Shown here piece by piece: positions 10,496 to 19,723 of a stretch of 64,000 nt of DNA. The first letter of the stretch is position 1. Every line of letters starts with the position of its first letter. The DNA comes from Terriglobia bacterium (GTDB lineage Bacteria; Acidobacteriota; Terriglobia; Acidiferrales; UBA7541): NCBI GenBank assembly GCA_963695545.1, contig OY968796.1:640001-704000 (forward strand). The letters run 5' to 3'. A program made the position numbers and the translations under genes. Under the pieces are notes generated by a model. It was given only the letters and a program-made list of their open reading frames with translations, was not told where the DNA came from and did not search any database.

Positions 10496-12031
10496 CTACT
10501 CCATCGGAACAAATTTCGCGGCGCAGGCCTGCACATCCGCATCGAGGCCCGCGCCGGAGGTCGCCGTCTGCCCAGTTACCGTGACGCCAGTGCCGCTGAA
10601 TTGCAGATTTGTGCCGCGTCCCGTGACCGTGATGTGGCTGAACTGACTGTGCACCTGAGCCGGCGTGATGCCGTTCACGATCACACCATCGAGCGTAACT
10701 TCGGTGATGTGATCCGCGTCCTTGCCCGCGATCAGCACGTCGCCCGCCGTCGTGTCCGTCACGTTCTGCAAAGTAATGGCCTTGTAATCGGGAATTAAAT
10801 TGCCAGTGATGCCAGGATCGGTGAATCCCTCGATCGTCTGATTATTGTAGAACGGGCTGATCGCAATCGGCACAGGCACATTGCGCATGCAAATATTGCG
10901 ATAGACAAGATCGTGCACGAGTCCGCCGCGCGCGGCATTGCTTTTAATGCGGATGCCGCTCGTGGTGTGATCCTCGGTTAACCCATCGACCAGCAGAAAA
11001 CTGTCGCCGGTATTCGTTTCACTGCCGATGGACATCCCATGCCCGCTGTAAAAATGATTGTCGAGCACGCTCATGTGCGTCACGCCGGTCTTGATGGCGA
11101 TGTTGTCGTCGCCGTTGTCGATCCAGCTTTTAGTGATCGTGATGTTTGTCGACGAGCCGGGATCGATGCCGTCGGTGTTGCGCGCGTCGGTGCCCGCCAC
11201 GGTCGGCGTCTGCAAATGCACGCCCCACGCCGTGAATCCGTTGGTTCCGCCCACCGAAACATGAAAGTTCGCCGAGTTGTGCAGCGTGATCCGGTACAAC
11301 ACGAATCCGTCGGCGTTCCGCGCCACAATCATGCGCTGGCTAAAGTAGCGCTGCTGCTTCGGCTCGGCCGCGCGCGCCATCTGCCACCAGGTGTAATCGT
11401 GTCCGACGATCACCGCGCCGCCGCGATCATCAATGATGCCGTCTCCCATAATCGCCGCATTCTTCACGTTCACAACCGCAATCAGCGGCTTGCAGAAACG
11501 CCCTTGCGGCATGGAGTTCGCGGTAGGAACGAACGACGCGCTGACAGCAGACATCGTGCCGCACAGCAGCGGTCCCGCACCGGACGGATCGGGATCAAAA
11601 TCTTTCGGATCGCGCGAAGCGTAGAGCGTGACGCCTTTGTCGACCAGCAACGTGACGCCGTCACGCAGTTCAATAGATCCAGTGAGAAAGGCATTGGGAA
11701 GCGGCGCTGCCCCACCCGGCGCGGCGGTCGGCGCGCCGAGCGCCAGTTCCACAGCTTCGCCGGGCTTGCAAGTGTCCAGCGCATTCTGAATGCGCGCCGT
11801 GTCGGTCGTGGTCTCGTATTCCGGCGGCAATATTTCCGCGTGGCCGAGTTTTTCGGCCGTGAGCACGACGCAAGTCGGCGGAATCGTGGGCTCGGTCACG
11901 GTCCGCGTATCCTGCCCGCGCAACGCCTGCGCGCCGAGCGCGAGCATAATCAGAACAACGACGCACCCAACGCAATGCCGCAACGTGGCGGCGCGGCGCG
12001 ATACGCCGCGAACAGAAAATGAACGGAACAT
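10496..12031 (-). CDS. Secreted glycoside hydrolase family 28 (polygalacturonase)
   Basis: GH28 motifs NTDGIDP, GDDNIAIK, GHGMSIGS and GIRIKS; N-terminal hydrophobic signal. Start uncertain. Confidence 0.92.
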   Translation of the reverse strand: MFRSFSVRGVSRRAATLRHCVGCVVVLIMLALGAQALRGQDTRTVTEPTIPPTCVVLTAEKLGHAEILPPEYETTTDTARIQNALDTCKPGEAVELALGAPTAAPGGAAPLPNAFLTGSIELRDGVTLLVDKGVTLYASRDPKDFDPDPSGAGPLLCGTMSAVSASFVPTANSMPQGRFCKPLIAVVNVKNAAIMGDGIIDDRGGAVIVGHDYTWWQMARAAEPKQQRYFSQRMIVARNADGFVLYRITLHNSANFHVSVGGTNGFTAWGVHLQTPTVAGTDARNTDGIDPGSSTNITITKSWIDNGDDNIAIKTGVTHMSVLDNHFYSGHGMSIGSETNTGDSFLLVDGLTEDHTTSGIRIKSNAARGGLVHDLVYRNICMRNVPVPIAISPFYNNQTIEGFTDPGITGNLIPDYKAITLQNVTDTTAGDVLIAGKDADHITEVTLDGVIVNGITPAQVHSQFSHITVTGRGTNLQFSGTGVTVTGQTATSGAGLDADVQACAAKFVPME

Positions 12032-12267
12032 CGGACGCAGCCTCCTAGAGCTGCGGCGACAAGCTAACACACTTCGCCATGGCGCAAACCGAGCCGCACA
12101 AGAAGCGCGCGTCTACTGAGCGCCGCGTTGCGCAGAGCGCGTTGCTACCCGGACTGCGAGGAGCGCATCGCTTCACCGGGCGGCGCTTGCGCGCTCAGCG
12201 AGCTGGTCACCACTGCCAAGATCAGAAGCCAGGAGAGTTTTAGATTCCTTTTCACCGCAATTCTCCT

Positions 12268-13404
12268 TCAATTCTTAATTTCAGTCTGCAACGCCGGCTC
12301 GCCGGACTGCAAAATCACGTTGAAGCGCAGCCTGCCGAGCAGCGCTCCGCGCGGCGTCTCCACGTTCACGCGCCACGCCCCGGCTCTGATCTGGTTGGTC
12401 ATGGAAAACGTGCGGTAACCGCCGCCGCGCCCGCCGCTCAACGGCAACTCGATTCGATTCGTCGTGATCCAGCCGCGTTTTTCGTCGTAGGTCTGCCATA
12501 CGTGAACGATGTCCGTATGCAGCGACGTCGGAGAAAAAACCGCCGTGTACGCGTACACGGGCGCGCCCGCCACGCAGTGAAACTCGTCGGCACGCTTAAA
12601 ATATCCGAGCCAACTCGCCCGCTCGGATTGCACCACGTAATCGCCCTGCGCGTTGCGCGAGATCGAATGCTCCACGTCCGCGTCTCGCAGCGAAAGCGGA
12701 ATCGGCGGAATGAGATTCAGATAATACAAGATGTTGATCGCCAGGAAGATTCCCGCAACCGATATGAACAGCACTTTCCGCTCACGCGGATAGCTCACCG
12801 GCGCCGCGTGACGCAACACACGCAGAAAAAGCCGGAACAGCACGACGCTCAACGCGCCGCTCAAAAGAAAAATCAGCGGCCCCATTGTGTGCAGCACCAC
12901 CGGCACGATGAAAATCGCGAACGCAAATAGCGACAGAAAGAAAAAACTCGCCTGGAACTCCAGGCGCGCGTAATGCTTCTTCAGCGATTCATTTGCCAGA
13001 AACGCGGCCGCCAACAGAAGCAGAAACGGCCAGCTCGCCAGCAGGCTCCCGCTGCGGAAGTAAAACACCAGGAACGTGCTCAGCAGACCGCCGAACGAGA
13101 ATTGCAGCACGCCCACGATCCAGAGCGGAGTCTCGTGCGCGTCAGTCGCGTCGGAGGGTCCCGGCGTCCCGGGCGAAGCGAGCGCCGCGCTCGCCGCGCG
13201 GTTCGCAAGCACGATGCACGCGCCCGCGACGACCAGGTGAACGATCACCCACAAATTCTCCCAGAACATGTCGATGCGCTTCAGCGTCAGCGCGTCGAAC
13301 ACAAATCCGCCGAGAAGCGACAACGAAGAGAGCGGCCGCGCGATTCGGGTGTAACTGCTTCTCACATTCCCGAAAAATGTTCCGGTTAGATGTTCGGGGG
13401 GCAT
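12268..13404 (-). CDS. Multi-pass membrane protein with C-terminal DUF2914 domain
   Basis: Several TM segments; C-terminal YTAVFSP...IVHVW...GGRGGGYRTFS...GAWRVNVET pattern. Confidence 0.8.
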   Translation of the reverse strand: MPPEHLTGTFFGNVRSSYTRIARPLSSLSLLGGFVFDALTLKRIDMFWENLWVIVHLVVAGACIVLANRAASAALASPGTPGPSDATDAHETPLWIVGVLQFSFGGLLSTFLVFYFRSGSLLASWPFLLLLAAAFLANESLKKHYARLEFQASFFFLSLFAFAIFIVPVVLHTMGPLIFLLSGALSVVLFRLFLRVLRHAAPVSYPRERKVLFISVAGIFLAINILYYLNLIPPIPLSLRDADVEHSISRNAQGDYVVQSERASWLGYFKRADEFHCVAGAPVYAYTAVFSPTSLHTDIVHVWQTYDEKRGWITTNRIELPLSGGRGGGYRTFSMTNQIRAGAWRVNVETPRGALLGRLRFNVILQSGEPALQTEIKN

Positions 13405-13470
13405 TTTAATGGGCGTCGAAGCCGCGCGACCGGATCGCGCGCCGATTCTTCTCTCAGCTTCATTTCGTCA

Positions 13471-14235
13471 TCACGCTCGCGGGCCGAGCCGCGTCAATCC
13501 GCCGTCGACCAGAAGCATTTCCCCCGTCGTCGAACGCGCCTCGGCCACCAGATACAGCATTGCGTATGCTACGTCGTCCACCGTGGGCAGCCGTTGCAGC
13601 GGAATTCTCGTCAGTGCCTTCTCGTACATCTCCGCGGGCCAGTTCGCAAATTGCGTGCGCACGGATCCCGGCGCCACGGCATTCACGCGGATCTGCGGCG
13701 CGAGCGCCCTCGCAAGCGACATAGTCATCGTCGCTACGCCCGCCTTGGCCGCCGCGTACACGATCGAGCTTCCGCTTCCGGTGAGCGCCGCCACCGACGC
13801 ATTGTTCACGATCGACGAGCCTTCCTGCTTTCGCAGCAACGGCGCCGCTGCCCGCACACAATAGAAAACGCCGCGCAAATTCACGTCGAGCGTTTGGTCC
13901 CAGATATCGTCGGTCAGTTCATCCAACTTCTCATGCGCCACGCGATGCGTCCACCCCGCGTTGTTGATCAGCGCGTCAAGGCGTCCGAACTCCTCTTCCA
14001 CGCGCCGCATCATGGCGATCACTTCGGGTTCCTTCGCGACGCTGGCTTGAATCGCGATGGCCTTGCCGCCTTCGCTGCGAATCTGCGCGACAACTTCTTC
14101 GGCCTCATCGCGCGAGCGGCTGTAATTCACCGCCACGCCTGCACCTTCGCGCGCAAAGAGCACAGCCGCGGCGCGCCCCATGCCGGTCCCACCGCCTGTG
14201 ATCAACACAACTCGATCCTTAAGTCTCATTCCCAT
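13471..14235 (-). CDS. Short-chain dehydrogenase/reductase
   Basis: TGGGTGMG, NNAG, YAAAK, RVNAVAPG, VDGG. Confidence 0.95.
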   Translation of the reverse strand: MGMRLKDRVVLITGGGTGMGRAAAVLFAREGAGVAVNYSRSRDEAEEVVAQIRSEGGKAIAIQASVAKEPEVIAMMRRVEEEFGRLDALINNAGWTHRVAHEKLDELTDDIWDQTLDVNLRGVFYCVRAAAPLLRKQEGSSIVNNASVAALTGSGSSIVYAAAKAGVATMTMSLARALAPQIRVNAVAPGSVRTQFANWPAEMYEKALTRIPLQRLPTVDDVAYAMLYLVAEARSTTGEMLLVDGGLTRLGPRA

Positions 14236-14295
14236 GCCTCACCGTCGCTTCGAGTCCCACGATCTTCCGGCATTGCGTGTCAATTTAAAATTCCA

Positions 14296-15747
14296 TCAAT
14301 GGAGCTGATACGGCGTCGCGGGCGCGGGAATCGGATCGGGCAATTTGCCGGCGTCGATTTTCGCCGCGCCGGCAAGGCCAATTCCCGTTACGTTGTTGAT
14401 GTTCAGCAACGAACCCGTGAAGCCGGTGACTTTGACGTTGCTGATCACGGCATGCTTAATGTTCGCGAGGAAGATGCCCTTCGCGCAGGTGCCGGTGACA
14501 TTGGTGAGCGAAAAACCATCGAGCGGTTTCGCGGGAAGAATCGCGGTTCCATCAACCAGCACCGGAACATCCGCAACGCGAATATTCGAGAAGCGGAAAT
14601 TCTTGAGCGTCGGAATGCCTTCATCTCCCGGCACCGGAAACTCATCTTGAATGCCGCTATTGAGAATGTTGAAGCGCAGAAATCCACCGGTCATGCCGGA
14701 GACGTCGAGATCGTCGGCATAAATATCCTCGATGAATGCGCCGCGGCCGGGGCGGCTCTTGATGTAAATGGCAAAGGTTTTCGCGCCGGTAAATTTGCAA
14801 TGTTCGATGTGCACGCCGCGAATCCCGCCGGAGGTTTCGCTGCCGATGCCGATGCAGGCGTAGATCGCGTCAGCGAAGGTGCAATTGGTGATGCGCACGT
14901 CTTCGGTGGGGCGAAGAATCGTGTAGGCCTCTTCGCCGCGGCCGGATTTCAGCGAGATGCAATCGTCGCCGGTCGCGATGTCGCAGCCATCGATGAGCAC
15001 GTGCTTGCAGGAATCGATATCGATGCCGTCCCCATTGCCGCCGGTGCTGCGGATGGTGAGATTTTTGATCGTGACGTTTTCGCAGTACGTCGGATGGATC
15101 GACCACATCAATCGCATGCTGGTGGAGAAATCTTCCAGGCGAATATCGTCGCAGTTGATGAATTCAATCAAACAAGGATGGCGCAGCGGATTGTTAGTGT
15201 TCGGGCGACCTCCGAGCGCGGGATTGCCGATAATTTTTCCAGGTCCGACGATTCCGACGTTCTGCGAATCGATCGCTGAGATCAATCCGAGGTGGCCCTG
15301 AATCCAGTGCCCCTCCCAGCGCACTTGCGTAACGGGATAATCGGCGAAATCGGGCGTGCCGACGATGCTCGCGTCCTTGTCAAGCCGTAGCAGCGTGTTG
15401 CTGCGCAGCACGAGCGCGCCAGTGAAATAATTTCCGGCGGTCACCATCACTTCCCCGCCGCCAAGCACCGCGCAACGATCGATGGTTTGCTGGATCGCAG
15501 CCGTATCCTTATATAAGCCGTCGCCGGTCGCGCCAAAATCGCGGACGTTGAGCGTAACCTTCGGCTTCGGCGCAGCGGCCGAGGGCGCGGCATGCTGCGG
15601 CATCGCGGGCGCGGCCAGGGTGGCCGGTTTCTGCGTCTCCTGCGCGCGGCCAATTGCGCCGAGCGACGATAGTATCGGAGCCGCAAGCGCACCTTGCGCC
15701 GCCGTTTTCAAAAACTTTCTGCGCGCCAACAAATCATTCTTCATCAT
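14296..15747 (-). CDS. Tat-exported glycoside hydrolase family 28 protein
   Basis: Twin-arginine signal ARRKFLK; NVRDFGATGDG, NGDGIDID, TGDDCISLKSG, IGSETSGG and IYIKS motifs. Confidence 0.92.
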   Translation of the reverse strand: MMKNDLLARRKFLKTAAQGALAAPILSSLGAIGRAQETQKPATLAAPAMPQHAAPSAAAPKPKVTLNVRDFGATGDGLYKDTAAIQQTIDRCAVLGGGEVMVTAGNYFTGALVLRSNTLLRLDKDASIVGTPDFADYPVTQVRWEGHWIQGHLGLISAIDSQNVGIVGPGKIIGNPALGGRPNTNNPLRHPCLIEFINCDDIRLEDFSTSMRLMWSIHPTYCENVTIKNLTIRSTGGNGDGIDIDSCKHVLIDGCDIATGDDCISLKSGRGEEAYTILRPTEDVRITNCTFADAIYACIGIGSETSGGIRGVHIEHCKFTGAKTFAIYIKSRPGRGAFIEDIYADDLDVSGMTGGFLRFNILNSGIQDEFPVPGDEGIPTLKNFRFSNIRVADVPVLVDGTAILPAKPLDGFSLTNVTGTCAKGIFLANIKHAVISNVKVTGFTGSLLNINNVTGIGLAGAAKIDAGKLPDPIPAPATPYQLH

Positions 15748-15768
15748 TCCGTCTCCCATGGCCATTAC

Positions 15769-18021
15769 CTACGGCAATGCGATCGGCTGAACGTAGGCTC
15801 CGTTCCCGGCGGAATCCCACACCGTGAAGCGCACCCACTTCTTCCCGGTGGCATCGAAGGGAATGCTGAATTTCTTGGCGCCGAAGGGCAGCGTGTCCGT
15901 GAGATCGATAATTTTGCGGTCGACCGTGGTGCCGTCGCTCCAAACTAATTCCGCGAATTCAAGCGGGAACGTGTATTCGATCTCCGCGGTGTAAACGCGC
16001 TTGGCGCCCGTGCCCTCCACGCCCCAACTGTGGAAGAGCACTTCACCGGTAGTGCCGAAGAAGTTGCCGGCGCGAATGCCCTCCACGATCGGCGCCCAGC
16101 TTTCGTTGTACAGCGGCACGTGATCGAGCTTCAGATAATTCACGGCGAGCTGCGAGTACGTGTCGTCGTCGGGCCATTTCGTGTAGGTGTCGCCTTCGGC
16201 GATCAGGAACTTTGGCTTCGGCGCCCAGTTGCTTATGTCATCGCCAGCGCCAAAGCAGCGAACTTCGCACTCTTCCTTCTGCGATAAATCGACGGGCAAG
16301 GATTCCCACGACGCGCCGATGAAGCGATCGCTCACGAAAAAATCCTGATCCTTATACGCGTCGGGATAATCTTCGGAATTTTTCGTGCGCGGATGCGCGG
16401 TCCAGATGATGCCCTGCTCGCGATTCACCATGCTCAGAACGTCCGCGGCGGAGCCCAAGTGATAGACCGGTCCATAGGTCGGGTCGTTCTCCATGAAGGA
16501 TTGGCCGGCGGGGCGTGGATCCGCATGGGAAAAATAAATCGGCTTCGGCGTGAGCAAATACCAATGGCCGCCGAGGAATGAATTCACTTCTTCGGCGGGC
16601 ATCACCAGAAAATCCTTGTCCGAAACGCGCTGCGCGCCGTCGAAATAAACTTTTTCTTCCGCGAAGCGCACGGGCCCCGGATCGTTCGGATGCGAATCGT
16701 CGTGGAAATCGCCGAGATAGAGAATGTTCACGCCGAGGCCGCGGAACACGGCCACCCACGGCGGTTGATAATCGAGGCTGCCGCGATCGCGCAGCATCTC
16801 GTTGAAATCGAGATGAAAATGGCCGGAAACGACTTTGAATCCGGGCACCGGTTTGAAGACGTCGCCGTGCGTATAGGCCAGCACGGCCTTCTGTGTGGCG
16901 TCGGCGCGCGTGGCGCTCAAATAATAATAGACGGCCATGTGCTGCATGGTTCCCGGCGGCGCGTTGTAGAGCGCCCAATTTTCGGTTTCGGAGCGCGACA
17001 CGCCTACGCGCCGCGCCCAAACTGCGTCGGAAACGCCCCACGGATGATACCCCTCGGTTTTTTCCGGCATCATCACGCCGAGCGAGAAGGCGCTTTCGGT
17101 GTCCTTGCGGTAGTAAACGAATCCGAGATTCACGTCGTTCTCGCGCGCAAAGAAAAATTTGTGCGGCGGCGGGAAAACTGCCAGCGAGCCGCCGCCCGCA
17201 GCATCCAGGATTTCAAGATTATCGCGCGCGCGCACGTTCACCGGATCCGTGTTCGTCGCGCCGCCGAATGCATATTGCTGCCATTGCCGCGCGGTGTCGC
17301 GCCACTCGACGCGCGTCGCGCTACCGATCGCAAATCCTTTCAGGCCGGCTTTGTATATGTAGGCCACCGAAGGCTCGTCGGTTTTCGCGATGGCTTCCTG
17401 GCGCAGCAGATTCGATCCTTTGTACACGGTGAATTGCACGTGGCCAGAGAAAATTCCCAGCGTCATTCCGCCGAACCTTACGCTGACGCGGTCGCCGTCG
17501 GTCGAAAGCTTGCAAGTGTCCGTGTGAAACTCGGCCGACGCGCGCTGAATTTCTTCGGGCTTGCGCGGCAGATCGGTCGTGTCGCCGCCAGGATCGCCGG
17601 GGACGACCAGCGGAGCATCCCAAAACGTATTCCATTTGTCCGCGTCGATCCGCTCCGGCGTATCCAGATGAAATTGCTTCAAAATTTGCAATTGTTTATT
17701 GGAGATGCGCCGCTTCCCGGTGGTCACTTGGAACTCGGGCGAGAGATTTTTGCCCAGGACGACCCACGCGCCGCCCTTCGCTTGCGCCGCGAGCTCTCGC
17801 ACCACGGGCTGCCCATCGCGAATCGTGAATTGCGCGCGCAACTGCGCCCCCGCTTCGCCCTGCCACGTCAGCGTGACCACGCCCGCATTCGTCGTCGCCG
17901 TAATGCCATCTACAGCCTTGTAATCGTGGAGATCGCATGTCTGCGCGTTTGCCGGCGTGGGCGCGGCCGCGGTGGCGCCGCACAAAAGTGTCAGGCTCAG
18001 CGCTAGGGTGGAGAATTTCAT
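15769..18021 (-). CDS. Secreted hypothetical protein, possible PHP-like metallohydrolase C-terminal half
   Basis: Signal peptide MKFSTLAL...ANA-Q; His/Asp clusters GHFH, DFHDDSH, GGHW, AHPRTK, EGD. Confidence 0.7.
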   Translation of the reverse strand: MKFSTLALSLTLLCGATAAAPTPANAQTCDLHDYKAVDGITATTNAGVVTLTWQGEAGAQLRAQFTIRDGQPVVRELAAQAKGGAWVVLGKNLSPEFQVTTGKRRISNKQLQILKQFHLDTPERIDADKWNTFWDAPLVVPGDPGGDTTDLPRKPEEIQRASAEFHTDTCKLSTDGDRVSVRFGGMTLGIFSGHVQFTVYKGSNLLRQEAIAKTDEPSVAYIYKAGLKGFAIGSATRVEWRDTARQWQQYAFGGATNTDPVNVRARDNLEILDAAGGGSLAVFPPPHKFFFARENDVNLGFVYYRKDTESAFSLGVMMPEKTEGYHPWGVSDAVWARRVGVSRSETENWALYNAPPGTMQHMAVYYYLSATRADATQKAVLAYTHGDVFKPVPGFKVVSGHFHLDFNEMLRDRGSLDYQPPWVAVFRGLGVNILYLGDFHDDSHPNDPGPVRFAEEKVYFDGAQRVSDKDFLVMPAEEVNSFLGGHWYLLTPKPIYFSHADPRPAGQSFMENDPTYGPVYHLGSAADVLSMVNREQGIIWTAHPRTKNSEDYPDAYKDQDFFVSDRFIGASWESLPVDLSQKEECEVRCFGAGDDISNWAPKPKFLIAEGDTYTKWPDDDTYSQLAVNYLKLDHVPLYNESWAPIVEGIRAGNFFGTTGEVLFHSWGVEGTGAKRVYTAEIEYTFPLEFAELVWSDGTTVDRKIIDLTDTLPFGAKKFSIPFDATGKKWVRFTVWDSAGNGAYVQPIALP

Positions 18022-18210
18022 ATCGCTCGCTCCTCGCAACGTGGCGCGGTTGATGGGCCGATTCGGCCCCAGAGTATACCGCGTCGCGCGGGCCGCCATA
18101 ATGCGTGGCGAGTGGCGAGTGACGCGACGGTGCGGCGCGGTCCGAAGCGGGCGTCAGCGGGAGCGCGGCCCGCCAACGCGAACGTCGAATTTGATGTTTT
18201 TCATTCACCA

Positions 18211-18283
18211 TTCATAAGGCCTTCACTGTATTGCGGCGTCTTATGCAGCGTGGTCAAATCCATCGACCGGCCGGGGAACCGGA
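18211..18283 (+). repeat. Duplicated upstream leader, copy 1
   Basis: Direct repeat of 18522-18594 (TTCATAArGCCTTCACTGTATTGCGGCrTCTTATsCAGsGTGGTCAAATCCAyCGACCGsCCGGGGAwCCGG). Confidence 0.9.
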
Positions 18284-18312
18284 TGGCGACACAGGAACGA
18301 GGAGACCGGGAC

Positions 18313-18528
18313 ATGTCTGAAATGGCTGAACCGCTTCCAACGAACGATCCAATCGAACTCCCTACACAAGATCAAATCGGACGAAGAGCCGACGGAATCC
18401 ATCTGGAGCGCGGCGGGCTCGATGGCGATGCAATCGCGGATCGCTCGGTCGCCAAGCAAGAATTGAAGGAACCCGCTGAAGACCTGTTCGAAATGGCTCG
18501 TCGCCGCTTTTTCACTCCACGTTCATAA
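18313..18528 (+). pseudogene. Degenerate DUF2934-like paralog (ORF intact, conserved aromatic residues lost)
   Basis: PTQDQIGRRADGIHLERGGLDGDAIADRSVAKQEL versus PTQEQIERRAYELYLQRGGQDGGDVNDWLVAEREL in the neighbouring gene. Confidence 0.6.
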
Positions 18529-18594
18529 AGCCTTCACTGTATTGCGGCATCTTATCCAGGGTGGTCAAATCCACCGACCGCCCGGGGATCCGGG
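18522..18594 (+). repeat. Duplicated upstream leader, copy 2
   Basis: Direct repeat of 18211-18283, period about 311 nt. Confidence 0.9.
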
Positions 18595-18622
18595 CGGGAA
18601 CCTGCGAACGAGGTGAACGGGC

Positions 18623-18919
18623 ATGTCCGAAAGCATCGAAACATATCCAACGCAAGAGCAAATCGAACGGCGGGCTTACGAACTTTATCTGCAGCGCGGC
18701 GGGCAGGATGGCGGCGACGTCAACGATTGGTTGGTGGCCGAACGAGAATTGAACGACTTGGTTCAACGACCGATCGATTCGCCGGCCGCTGACGCGCAGG
18801 ATTTGGCGCAGGCCGCGAACGGCGCGGCGGACGGGCAGCAGGTGGCAGACGCGGACAAAATGCTCGAGGATATGTACGCCCGCAGCAGGGCGATCGCGGC
18901 GGGCGCAGGAAGCGACTAA
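18623..18919 (+). CDS. DUF2934 domain-containing protein
   Basis: IERRAYELYLQRG...G...DWLVAEREL motif; GAGGTG RBS. Confidence 0.9.
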   Translation: MSESIETYPTQEQIERRAYELYLQRGGQDGGDVNDWLVAERELNDLVQRPIDSPAADAQDLAQAANGAADGQQVADADKMLEDMYARSRAIAAGAGSD

Positions 18920-19055
18920 GAGAGAGTCAAGAACCGCACCGTTGAAGACGAAGGGTGCGACGCGCGGGAAAAGGCTACGTCAAAAACCCCACGATCTCCC
19001 GACAGATCAGGGCGAACATGGCGCACCCAGAGGCGACGCGGAGATTCCTCGCTCC

Positions 19056-19280
19056 TTACGCTTCTTTGCTCGTAAGGTGCCAGGCGCCGCAATAGAGGCA
19101 TTTGTAGGTGCTGAGGTGAGCGGGGGCTCTCTCTTCGGACAGTATGTGGGCGGCGGCAGCGTTCGCTTCGGCTTCGTCGGCGTACATGCGTTTGCCCGAC
19201 GTGAGGCAGATTTTGGGTTGGTCCCACGGGACGGCGCCGGCGTCGCGGGAGAGATTCGGATTACGTCGGCGCCCAGGCAT
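19056..19280 (-). CDS. Small putative Zn-binding protein (74 aa)
   Basis: AAGAGG RBS plus ATG at 19280; C-x2-GKRMY...YKCLYCGAWHLTS pattern. Confidence 0.7.
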   Translation of the reverse strand: MPGRRRNPNLSRDAGAVPWDQPKICLTSGKRMYADEAEANAAAAHILSEERAPAHLSTYKCLYCGAWHLTSKEA

Positions 19281-19340
19281 CGGAACCTCTTTTGGCTGCA
19301 CGCTCGTCACGCCGGGAAAAATCGAGGAGAGATGCCTCCC

Positions 19341-19442
19341 TCCTTCGCCAAAGCTGCGGCGGGCAGGCGTCGCTGCGCTCCTCAGGATGACCACGAGGAA
19401 GGAAGGCCAGACTAAAGATGAAGGCCCGAAGGCCTCCGCTAC
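19341..19442. repeat. Cluster of REP-like palindromic elements
   Basis: CCTTCGCCAAAGCTGCGGCGGGCAGG, CGTCGCTGCGCTCCTCAGGATGAC and AGATGAAGGCCCGAAGGCCTCCGCTAC; the last recurs at 33831-33857 with 2 mismatches. Confidence 0.7.
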
Positions 19443-19447
19443 GAACG

Positions 19448-19723
19448 CTAGCCGCCGGCGATTGAGGGGACCAGCAAAACTTTGTCGCCTTCCTGAAATT
19501 TGTAGGCCTCGCCGCCGAGGAAGCGGATATCTTCGTCGTTCACGTAGATATTGAGGAAGGGGCGGATTTGGCCCGCGTCGTCGCGCAGATGGCGAGCCAT
19601 TCCGGGGAAGCGCCCTTCGAGCTCCGCGAAAAGCTCGTTGAGCGTCGCGGCGGAGCAATCGAGCTGCGCCACGCCGTCTGTGAAGCGGCGCAGCGGCGTG
19701 GGGATTTCGACCGAAACGCTCAT
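19448..19723 (-). CDS. MoaD/ThiS/CysO-family ubiquitin-like sulfur carrier protein
   Basis: IPTPLRRFT, FLNIYVNDEDIRFL, C-terminal VPSIAGG; overlaps the upstream stop codon (ATGA). Confidence 0.95.
   Translation of the reverse strand: MSVSVEIPTPLRRFTDGVAQLDCSAATLNELFAELEGRFPGMARHLRDDAGQIRPFLNIYVNDEDIRFLGGEAYKFQEGDKVLLVPSIAGG

Noticed and set aside
13390..15279. 629-aa plus-strand ORF and similar shadow ORFs (8421-10070, 35329-37119, 16690-18006)
   Set aside because: They fully overlap well-supported genes on the opposite strand.
18105..18125. Heptamer tandem GTGGCGA x2-3
   Set aside because: Too short to distinguish from chance within this window.
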